A DNA stretch of 63,113 nucleotides, counting the filler, from Choristocarpus tenellus KU-1152 (Eukaryota; Protista; Phaeophyceae), in assembly GCA_964200185.2 (NCBI GenBank). It is 10 parts of 10 records of this genome, joined end to end, with 100 filler letters (N's around TTAATTAATTAA, not from the genome) between each part and the next. Parts side by side here need not be neighbours in the genome. Positions count along the whole stretch, not along the records: positions 45,133 to 52,385 come from CAXNAD020006458.1; positions 52,486 to 63,113 come from CAXNAD020002818.1; 8 more parts are not named here. One strand, 5' to 3'. Under the pieces are notes generated by a model that was not told the origin of the DNA, did no database searches, and was given only the letters and a program-made list of their open reading frames with translations. Positions within the stretch are counted from its first letter, which is position 1, and each line of letters opens with the position of its first letter. Shown here piece after piece: positions 45,669-56,700 of the stretch. The position numbers and the translations under genes were made by a program.

Positions 45669-46436
45669 TCTTAAAACACAGGCTACTCGTTTGATTTGGT
45701 TTGACATGATACAGTACCGTCAGTCCATACTGAATGTTGATTTGTCCATTGTAATGGTCGCTATTCTCATGTACCTCATTAGCTCCTCATCACAACAGCA
45801 GTCACCTTCAAAACACCACAGTTCATAGGAAACATAAGAACAGTCGCTTCCTATCACGTATATAGGCATACCCTGTGTCGCATCAGATCCCTCGCACATT
45901 GATTCAAGTTTGTCTCTTTGTTTCTTCTTTGTTTTTTCATTTCTTCTTCCTCTTCGCACAAGAAGTTATCAGTTGGATATCATGTGTTGATTTTATTTTT
46001 CCTTGACCGGCATTGCCCCCTCATAATTGATCATGCTCACTCTACAATACGTGTACCAGACACACGCCAGGATATTATCTAAACAGAGCTTTAAAGACAA
46101 GCCTCTCTATGGAGCATACATTCCTTCGTTTGAGCGTCTCAATTAATTGCCATACATGTCACATCAACCATTGTCTGATTAAGTAAAACATGTCGTCAGA
46201 TCTATCAGATCGAATCCACAGGTGTGTTGTTGCACTATGACTGACACCTTTTGCCAAACGTACTAACCACAGCACAACCAAACACACTTTCACATCAACC
46301 ATTGTCTGATTGAATAAAACATGTACATCAGACCTACCAGAACAAATTCAATGGTGCTCTGTTGCACTATGATACCTTCGTCACAAACTAGACACAGCAC
46401 AATAATGCACAACACATACGAACTCAGGTTTCAATA
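45669..46436 (-). mobile_element. Solo-LTR-like element A
   Basis: Reverse-complement homolog of 50885-51638; near-perfect 5-bp TSD GCATT/GCATG; contains an internal ~130-bp duplication. Confidence 0.7.
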
Positions 46437-46445
46437 GCATGTTCT

Positions 46446-46707
46446 GAGGCTAATTATCTTAGAGGGTAGAGCCACGTCCATTTGGGGGCCAAAATCCTGT
46501 GTTTCGACTTTGATGTAATTTTGGCTATCGTGTTTATTAGGAATTGTCAATATCCTTGTTCCTGACTGACACAGCTTTTCAAAACATATACATAATACCT
46601 TCTCTGAGGCGTTTCGAAGTAGGAAAATGTCATAACAAAAAACGTGGGAAACCAAGCCCCAAATGGACAAACAGGCAAAAGATGTACCCCCTAAGATACT
46701 TTCAATC
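46446..46707 (+). mobile_element. 258-bp MITE, copy 2 (degenerate)
   Basis: GAGGCTAATTATCTTAGAGGGTA ... TACCCCCTAAGATACTTTCAATC; TSD not preserved. Confidence 0.85.
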
Positions 46708-47427
46708 TATGGTTGATGTGAAATTTGTACTGGTACGTCAGGCAGCATATTTTACTCAAGCAGACTATGATTGATGTCAAAGCATGTTTGGTTGTGCTGC
46801 GCTTAGCGCGTTTAGAGACAGGTGTGCGTCATAGTACAACAAGACGTCTGCGGGTTTGACCTGGTGCGTCTGAAGGCATGCTTTTACTCAATCAAACTAT
46901 GGTTGAAGAGAAATGTTTGATTCTTCATTGAGATACTCAAATGAAGAAATTCATCCTCCGTGAAGAGGGTTGTTACCTTAGCTGAGAAGGGTTTCGAGGA
47001 ATGGTTTTAACTCTGAATATATTGCATGCTGGCGTGTGTCTGGTACGTATTGCAGAGTAAATTGTATGTCTTGCCATGGGGCAACGCCAGCCAAGTAAAA
47101 CATATAACCAACACATGCTATGCAACTGGTATCTTGTGTCAAAAAGGAAGAAGTAAAACGAGGAAGAAACAAGAAAGCAAGCTCGAATCAAGATCTAAGG
47201 TAACTACTGTGGCATATAGAATGCCTGTATGTGTGATAAGTAGCGACTGTTCCCATGCTTCCTATGTACTGCGATGTTCTGAGACAGTGGTTGAGTAACT
47301 TGTGATGATGAGCTAATGATGTAAATGCCAATAGCGACCATTGCAATGGACAAATATACGTTCAGTATGGACTGACGATACTGTATCGTATAAAGGCAAA
47401 TCGAATTAGTAGCCTTATGTTTTCACA
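46708..47427 (+). mobile_element. Solo-LTR-like element B (3' part)
   Basis: Homologous to 45669-46436 (inverted) and to 50885-51638; ends agccttatgttttcaca. Confidence 0.65.
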
Positions 47428-47705
47428 GGAAGTCAGCTTAGCATTCCAAGTCCTACAGGCTTGCTTTAAACCATACAGGGGCCTGTGAATGCGTACGGTT
47501 GTACGGGAGAGATCTCCACATCCCTGTCAGAGCCGCATATATACTTCCTCATCCAGGTCACATTGAACAAAGGCCTGCTCTATATCTAGGTGCCACATCC
47601 TCAGGTCCAACTCACTCACCATACTAGCCATTAGCCTAAACGATGAGGCAGAAGGTGTGGGGGCAGAGGTTTCGAAGTAATTCAAGTCCATACTCCTGAC
47701 CAAAA

Positions 47706-47963
47706 GAGTCAAAGTATCTTAGAGGATAGAGCCACATCCGTTTGAGGGCCAAAACCCAATGTTACGATTTTGATGTAGTTTTGGCTTTCGTGTTTGTTAG
47801 GAAGTGTCAATACCCTTGTTCCGGACGCTCCTTTTCATAACATGTGTATTTTACCTACTCCGAAATGTTTCGGAGTAGGAAAATGTCATAAAAATACCGT
47901 GGGAAGCCAAGTCCCAAATAGACAAACAGGGCTAAACTCGTACCCTCTAAGATACTTTCACTC
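47706..47963 (+). mobile_element. 258-bp MITE, copy 3, inserted in copia RT
   Basis: GAGTCAAAGTATCTTAGAGG ... CCCTCTAAGATACTTTCACTC; TSD AAAA. Removing it rejoins the QGFGQEYG text of the RT. Confidence 0.93.
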
Positions 47964-49185
47964 AAAACCTTGATTAACTTGCCCAGCCTTAAACCCCACT
48001 GAACATCCCAAAACAGTCACCCTTCCATTTAAACACGCACTTGGAACCAGTAGCCTTGCGCCCCGAGGGTACATCTGTAACACTAAAGGTATCTGTGTCG
48101 AATGAACCATCCAACTCCTTAGACATAGCCTCTTCCCATACTAGCCAGCATTCAGACTTTCGAGCCTCAGCAAAAACCTGTGGGGCTGGTCCCAACTCAG
48201 AGACAAGACGACCATGAAGGGGGGGTACACGTCAGCACAGGCTCAGGTGTGGGCTGTACAACCAGGCCATAAACAACATGTCTCCTCTCTACACTAGCAA
48301 TGAGAGACATCACATCACCAACACCTGTACTTCCTTCAACTCTGGAACGCGTTTCCTGCCTTGTCCTACCCAACTCAACTCATGGTTCGCGGACTGGAAT
48401 AGGGAGAAAGTCTTCCAGCTGGCGAGCTGTAGTCTGGGCAGCCATTGGGTCAGCACCTGCCTGAGACAAGTGCTGTGAACCCAAGGATCAGACATATCCT
48501 ACACTTCCTTCACCATCTTGGGTAGTGTCTTTGGACAGACTCATGTCAACCCGACCTCCCTCCCCATCACCAGGGTAAGGGTGGACAGCCAGATCCTTGA
48601 CAATAAGACCTATACTCCCTTCAAGGGGAGGATCAATAGTCAGACCGTCTCCTTTGTCACCAAAGGATTGCCTCTCACTTAGAACAAACCTGTCCTCACT
48701 TCCCTTACTACAGGAAGATTCGTCAGATAGGGATGACGTGGAGGAGCGAGATTAACAAATATACGGTACATCCAATGGTGGGCCACCTGCTTCAAAATTG
48801 GAAACCTTGTCCTTAGAACGAGGGTATGCATCAAGCCCTCCCCCCCCCTTTCGCAAAGCAGGGGCAACCTCTCCTACTGGCACAAGACTGGGGTCAGTAG
48901 CGTACAGCCAGGTGAGGTTACACCTAGTAACAATATCACTGGTCAGAGTAAGAACACAGTACACATCACGGGGGAGATTGATCCCCGACCCCAAGTAAAA
49001 ACACTGGTGAGCCTTTTGGAAAGTCTTGTGACTCTTATTGAGACGGCAAAAACCAGGTTGAAGAAATTAGAACGTTAACAGGGGTGCAATTAGCCTTGGT
49101 CGATGTGCGATTTAACGATTCACAGACATAGTGTAGAACTTCAACCCTGGGAGAGTCTGTCTTGGGGATGGTGATATGGAAGAAA

Positions 49186-49445
49186 GAGTGAAAGTATCCT
49201 AGAAGGTACGATGTTTTGGCCTGTTCGTCCGTTTGGGGCTTGGCTTCCCACCGTTTTTTTTATTACATTTTCATACTCCGAAATGTTCTGCAGTAGGTAA
49301 AAGGTGTACGCTATGAAAAGGTGTGTCCAGAACATGGATATTGACACTTCCTAACAAACACGACAGTCAAAATTACATCAAAATCACAAATTGCATTTTG
49401 ACCCCCTAACGGGCGTGACCCTACCCTCTTAAGACACTTTGACTC
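49186..49445 (-). mobile_element. 258-bp MITE, copy 4
   Basis: GAGTGAAAGTATCC ... GACACTTTGACTC; TSD GAAA/AAAA. Confidence 0.9.
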
Positions 49446-49740
49446 AAAAGTAGTGGAGCATGAAGGCGGGCAGCTAATGAAGCTTCATCAATAATATCGA
49501 GCATGAGTTCAGCAAACCCATCAAATTGAGGGCTGTCTGCGGGTGTGAACTCCTGTTTAAGCCCATGTTCACAGTAAAGAGCATCAAAGTCACCCTCATA
49601 AAACTACCCTCCATTATCAGACCTCACGCACATGACCCGAGAGAGAGTACCGTCAGTCCGGATATCGGCCAGCTAATTCTTGAAGGCTTCAGTAGCATCC
49701 GACTTAAGACAAAGGAAATACAACCAAACGAAACGAAAAA

Positions 49741-49996
49741 GAGTGAAAGTACCTTAGAGGGTATAAGTTTTGCCCTGTTTGTCCGTTTGGGGCTTGACTT
49801 CCCGTGGGTTTCTATAACATTTTCCTACTACGAAATGTTTCGGTGTAGTTAAAATGTAAACGTTATGAAAAGGTGTGTCTGGAACAAGGATATTGACACT
49901 TCCTAACAAACACGATAGTCAAAATTACATCAAAAACGGAACAATTGGATTTTGCTCCCAAACGGATGCGGCTCTACCCTCTAAGATACTTGACTC
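49741..49996 (-). mobile_element. 258-bp MITE, copy 5, inserted in copia integrase
   Basis: GAGTGAAAGTACCTTAGAGGG ... CTAAGATACTTGACTC; TSD AAAA/AAAG. Confidence 0.9.
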
Positions 49997-50884
49997 AAAG
50001 TGGTCCCGAATTATTATGGTGTAATGCTTACCGCCGAGTGAAAGAATAGTCCTCTTGCCACTTAGATCGACAAAAACGCTCCCGTTTCCTCACCCCCGTG
50101 AAGACGTTCTGGACAGGATTGTCTTCCGTGTATGCCCTTATTCATTGAGCACCGAGCACATGCCTCCAACTCGCCCACCAATGTAATGCCCATTGAAGAG
50201 GAAGTGGACTTGAGCAAAGCCTCTTGAACATGGCCATACGACGAGCAACAGAAAAGGTTAATGTCCACCTCAGTGTGGAGGCAGAGTTGTTTGTGTGTGC
50301 GCGCGAGGGGGCAATAGTATCTTTGAGTGCTGTTTCAGCAATTTTAGACGGTTGCGGCATATTACATTGACTGTGCAGGGTGTAGTGACAACCAGGAATT
50401 CTCTTGAAAACGAGTTTGCCACCTAAAGGTGAGAATGTAGTAGCTCTGTGTCAGTACATTTCGCAGCCATGTCTGCTGCAGCTTGGTAAGAGAAGAGGTT
50501 AAATCCAAGACTTGGGACACAAGTGACATTTTGGAGTAGTATTTCCACTTCCTTATTGTCACACGAGGGAAACAAGATATTTAAATCCCCATGACCTGCG
50601 ATTTGGAAGGAGTTCTGACTGGCAGTAATTATCCTTTGATCGACTACAAAATACTTGTGGTTGGTCTTGCATGTTTTTATGTTTGTCATGTGACATGAGG
50701 TTGCATTGTCAGAAATCCACTCTTCTCTTCATGCACTAACCTCAACACTTGACACCAGACACTCATTTACCCCACACTTGCCTTAAGCATTGCTGGTCGG
50801 AGAGTCTTCAGTGGCGGCCAGTAGTATTTACCACTTGTTGTCGCCGATGCTGATCACACTTTCCACAGTAATTCGGGAAGATCC

Positions 50885-51638
50885 TGTTAAGACCTGAATC
50901 GAATGCATCGTACGTGTAAGGAAAATGCGTAGACTACGAGTGAAGAGGAATCATGGTGTTGTAAAGCACCGATGAGTAAAATGCGTAGTCTGTGGTATGA
51001 GTAGATATGATTGTGCTGCAAAGAGCACCGATGTATTTATTCTGTTACAACTGAAGTAATTGATCTCTCAGTCAGGAATGGTGTGATGTGAATTCAGTTT
51101 CTCTTATAAGATACTCAACGAAAGGAGTCCATACTCTGTAGAGAAGCTTGTTACCTTGGCTGGCAAGGGTTTCCATAGATAGTTTTAACTCTGTATATAT
51201 TACATCCAAGTGTGCGTCAGGGGCACTTATCGCAGAGTGACCTTGATGCACTCAGAGGGGGCAATCACAACAAATGAACAAAATAATTGCCAACAATTGA
51301 CTTGCAACTGGGGTCTTCTGCTGATTAAAAAAACGACAGAGATGACTGACAACAACAAAGAGAAAAAAAAGAGAAGGTAACAGTGGAATGCGCTTGGAAC
51401 AAGATCCGAAGTAACTTGGATGATGCTTGCTATGATGTTCCTGTGTGTGATGTGTATCAATTAAACATCAACTGATGCTATACTTCTATCTAGTGTTATC
51501 GTGTGATGATGAATTGGGATGCGTAATATATAAATGGACAGCAACAACCAGTGCAGTGCACCAATCTACAACAGTTAGTACAAGCTGGCAGTTTTGAATC
51601 ATATCAAGAAGAAACATATGAGAGCCTATGTTTTAACA
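50885..51638 (+). mobile_element. Solo-LTR-like element C between copia gag and protease
   Basis: TGTTAA...TTAACA termini; TSD GATCC/GATGC. Confidence 0.75.
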
Positions 51639-53702
51639 GATGCCGCCGCGGTCTCGTCCTTTTCTTCCCTAGCTACCACTGTGGTCATAAACACTGAAGT
51701 ACATGTTGTAGCATCATGAGCACGTCCATCACACTTGTTGGCCAAGCTACCTCCTCGTGTCCATTCTTGCCACACCTCTCACAAGGAATCTTCTCCGAAC
51801 CTTTAGGGTTGGAATTAGAACAACTCTTCTTTTTTCCTCCATGAAATTTATGTTCCCCTCTACAGCCTTGGTAGTCACGATGAGGCTGACTCTTTTCGTG
51901 TCTAGAACTTTCACCCGTTAAACTTCCAGCCATGAGAGCATGGCTGTTTTTGGTTTTAATGGAATGCTGCTCGTCCTTGATGATGTTGATGCGTATCTCT
52001 CACAGATTGTCTTCCTGATGTCCGCTGGAGACAGCAAGATCTAAGAAGCCATCATGCATACCTCAGTGTCGTAATCAGAGCCCAGCGCACTCAGAAACTG
52101 GAATAGTATTTTGTCACAGATGACGATTCCCATTGTCATAGTCCAGCCCCGTAAGAACTCAAGTTCCGTTGGAGTGAGGAGCGGGTTAGCCCCCTTCTCC
52201 ACCTTCGAAGAGAAGAATTGCCGAAATAATCTTGGCTGTTGCCCTCCATGTTTGGGATAAACCAGTCGTCCACAGCTACAAAAAGCTTGCTACGGGTCAG
52301 GTGCATTGTATGTGTTATAGGCGCCCCTCAATGCTCACCTTCCAGGATGTACAACTCAAATCCAACGACCTCAAAACGACGCTACNNNNNNNNNNNNNNN
52401 NNNNNNNNNNNNNNNNNNNNNNNNNNNNNTTAATTAATTAANNNNNNNNNNNNNNNNNNNNNNNNNNNNNNNNNNNNNNNNNNNNTCCATCCGACGTATG
52501 CAACCAAATCACCCAAAAATCTCGACATGAAAACTTGACTCCAAATGGACAGCCACCACCCTCCCCCACATACTTTGAGCCATTCAGCAGACCAGCCTCC
52601 GTTTCCACATAATCCTCTTCTTATTTTGTCACACCCATTCTCTCACTGAGAACACCTTGATACCATAAAGAAATACGGATCTCGATACAAATTACTAAAA
52701 AATATGAAGAAGAACAGTTCTGTGAATGTCACTGCAATATATGTCATGACAGGAGAGCATAGGGGAACTGGAATCAGTTTCAAGACATAACGATTGAGTG
52801 GGACTCAGACGGGAAGGACATGTGAGATGTGAGAAGGGCCATTCTTCTAGGTCCCAAAGGGAGGCTTGAGGGTAGAGAGACTGCTTGCAAAACTTCAGCT
52901 ATTTTGCCTTCAGGGGAGAGAAGACCCTTGAGTGCAGTTATCTAGTCTCATTCGTGTCTATATTGATTTATCCCACCTCAAGAGGGGCTTGATTAATACT
53001 GAATGTCAAATACCAGTCCAACATCTCCCCCCAGGAAACTGGTTTTTCGCATATGAAATTATAGTATGCTGTGTTTGGTTTCAGAGTCAAACAAATTGAG
53101 AGGTAGGCAGGGTTGCGTTTCAAGGATACCGAAAGGGCAAAAATATGCAATTTTCGACAATTGGAAATATAACATTTGCTAAATTGTGGTGTCACTTTGT
53201 ATGTGGATATGGGGAAATAACAATTTTGGGTACACTACTGTGCTCATAAAGCAATGAAATAGATTGCGTTGCACAGAGTAACAAAGATGGCTCAGAATGC
53301 AGAAGGGTCCAAGTCTGCCTACATCTCAGTTGATTTGGCTCTTTATAGGGAAGCCAGTTAAAAAACGTGTCTCTTGCTGGTAAGTGTGCTGAAGCGAAAT
53401 ACCTGAGTGGTTGGTTGATCATGAATAAATACCCCATATGATCCGACCTCTTGGTAGTGCAGACAGCTTTCGTGTTAGACAAATTCCTAGTTCGACACAT
53501 TTTGAGAGAGAGAGAGAGAGAAGGAGAGAGATGCAAACAGCGTGCCCCATAGTTGAGGAAGAATTTGGATGCCCTGCAGTAACATGAACATCATTATCCA
53601 TATAGTGGTTTTGATGCAAAACAGGAAATAATCATTTTTGTTGTACGGAAGATAATCTCATTGTAATCAAACTTTTCCTCCCAACCCTCAAATCAACTGA
53701 TT

Positions 53703-56700
53703 TCATCGAACAAGGCCTGCAGGTCCAAGAGAAGTGGCGGTAATGACCAGAGCAAATCCCATTGCCTCAACATCTGCAGGGGGTACACCGCACCCAATCA
53801 ATTTGGATTTGTAGGTACGGAGAGAATCGTTGTATCCCTTGGCCGCTCTCATAGAGGACTATTGCAGGTCCCTGATTGAGGCGTTCTTGGTTGTGAGCAT
53901 CTCCTCCAGACCTGCCATCACTCGCTCAACATCTGGATCATCCAGCTGGTGGAGGTCAGGGGTAGGTGAGTGAGAATGGGGATGGAATGTTGTGAGGCTA
54001 CTTTGCTCACCTGCGCTGACTGCTGCAGAGAGGGGGGTGGAAATGCTTGCAAGGAATTATGCAAGATGCAAATAGCCTGTAGCATGGGCCGTGTTTGCGA
54101 TATTCAAGGCACTCAAGAGGTGAAAGAATTTGGTGCAAGATCAATATACTACATATTTGTTTTGCAGGGTATAGGAAAGTAGTATCTAAAACGTTTGTGC
54201 AAGTAGCTCAAATGGAGAAAGCGGTCACCAAATTCATATATATCACAGGAGTCAACGATTATGGGATGATGCACACACACAGAACATAGAAGCAGAGTTC
54301 AGAACTTGGTGGCGACTTTCATTGGAGGCATACAACTGAGAGACTGGATATGTTAGAACTACACTTGTTTTGACTATCTGCAAGTAACTCCTTCAGTCTC
54401 ATGATACAAAATTTCTAGGCACTACCCTACAATGGTTAGAGCCACTGAATATATATATATATATATCCACCATTGAATTTAGTTTCTGGGCTTGAAAACG
54501 GGTGTGAAATTGATGATGGGGTTGATAGGGTTGGAGATGTTCCGAGGCCACCGTATCCATTACTGCACAATGTGACTTACCTGCTATTGTTTTGTCACTC
54601 AATTATCATGCTGTTTTTGTAATGTGTCTTGACATGACCCATAAATGGCACATGATCTATCTAGTCCACCTACTGCCCTTGTGTTTGGCAATCGTAAAAA
54701 AAGATTTTCGCTTGACGTCTTCGTCCACTTTCGCCCGGATGTTGCTGCCATTTGTAGGAGATATGATTTTTTACCAGCCGGCACGTACCACACCGGTATA
54801 CACTTTCTGTTGACTTGCCGTTTAGAATAATGGACTGGCCGTTTCACAAATGAATCTTCCTTTGTTTTGCCTCCTATGGGGTCCTCATTGCCCAGACCAG
54901 GGCTACTTCAACTCATGCCACAAAGCTCGAATACTCCTTGACCAAACTGCCGGAAGGACCAACGTTATTGGGCCTTTCGACCTCCTGGAGCAATATGTCA
55001 ACGATAGAAGGGGATCTGTGACCTGTACCTCCACTGTCAAGCCCTACTACTCAATCTTGTTGATCGGACTCCTCTGCAAGCAGATACAGCTTGCGGTGAA
55101 AGTCCTGAGTATCTTCTAAAGGTCTCCTCACCTACTTTTCATCTTGACCCACTGGAATTTTTGTGTGCTTTGGAGGTGATCTCAGTGCACTTGTGTTTGC
55201 GCGAAATATGTACCTCTAGAGTAGAGCCCGTTTGTCTGCTGACACAATAGCTACAATAATCTGTATACAGCCACATTTTTGCACCTTCGGCATCTGGCTG
55301 TCTCATTTAAAATACCGTCCACGTGGAACTCCGTTTGTGTCAGGTATTGCAAACACATTCAAGTTTCTTTGAAGCTGAATTTTCTGGAAGTATTTGGGTA
55401 TTGACCAAATAGGATAGTGCCTACTTTCCAACACGACCTCTCTTATCCTGTGAAACGTATATAGCAATACGTTTACACCTTTTGTATAATATTGTGTCTG
55501 AAGAGATGTAAAATGAAAATGTGATACTTCTTGCTAATTCCTATATATAGATTTTCTTAGATACATTTGTTGTAACGATATCACCCTGTTCAACCCGGAT
55601 CCTCATCTCCCTCTTTGTTTTGATATTTTTATGTTTTTGAACCTGTGAGTGTCTCAATACTTCAAACGTACTCAGACATATATTTCCATACACAGTGCCT
55701 ACGTAAACAAGCAAACCAGGATTGATTGGCAATCCTTTGGGTGCTTCTGGTATCACAAATCATATGAAGGCAATTATGTTATGGTGAGGAGAACTGTAGA
55801 ACTCATAGGAGCAAAACTTTATATATCCCTGATCTTGCAGCCAGAAAGTACCAAAGAGCGATACCATCTAAGGGGGGGGTGTTGTTGAACTGTAAGGGCC
55901 CCTATATCTGCCTTGTGGTACATCTATTTTGACAATTGTGGAAGGCATTTTCGACTGACAACATGCTACGGTTGATATTTTCTTCTACTCACACCGTCCT
56001 AAGATGGGTAAATTGCATTTCAATTATGGGCATGGCAGATATTGCCCAAGCCAAAATGCCTCGAAACTCAGAAGATTCAAGAACAGCCCCCTCATTAGAT
56101 GGTTTCACTCAAATTATGTAAAAAGATAGAGAAAAGTATCTGCTCATCCACACTTTTTGCGTTATATCTGAGTGAATGTGTCTTAGAGGGTACGAGTTTT
56201 ACCCTGTTTGTCCGTTTGGGGCTTGGCTTCCCACGGTCTTTATGTGATATTTTCCTATTCCGAAATGTTTTGGAGTAGGTTAAATGTATACGTTATGAAA
56301 AGGTATGTCTGGAACAAGGATATTGTCACTTCTTAATCAAAATTACATCAAAATCGTATTGTTGGATTTTGGCCCTCCAAAGGACGCGGCTCCACCCCCT
56401 CAGATACTTTGACTCATCTACAATCATTGTTTGCACAATGTGTTGGTCTTTTTTGTTGGAGCGAGCACGGGAAAGGGACGGCAGGACTCAGAATGTTGTG
56501 GGATAATGGAGTGTCGACCTTTTACCCCCCACAAAGAAGTTCCCACCATCTCATTTTCACATCTGGTCACACCTTCACCTCCTTTCCATCATTGCGTGCT
56601 GTGCCGTACCTTGGCTGCAGTAACAATCTTGGAGAGCTGGTTGTCCGATATCTCAATTGATTCCTCTACTGCTGTCAACCTTTGTTCCCGAACAATATTC

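Larger units (their letters stand above)
45250..52385 (-). mobile_element. Degenerate Ty1/copia LTR retrotransposon (gag-PR-IN-RT) with nested insertions
   Basis: Zinc knuckle CERCGKNGH (~51770), protease WISDNATSCHM (~50700), GAG-pre-integrase YGHVQEALL...CARCSMNK (~50200), integrase RDHF.RFVWLYFL (~49730-50010), RT KCVFKWK and HLDIEQAFVQCDLDEEVYMRL (47530-48050). Copia domain order; many stops. Confidence 0.92.

Noticed and set aside
54600-55130. Possible copia RT/RNase H scrap in the GAS8 last intron
   Set aside because: The motif resemblance is too weak to call by eye.
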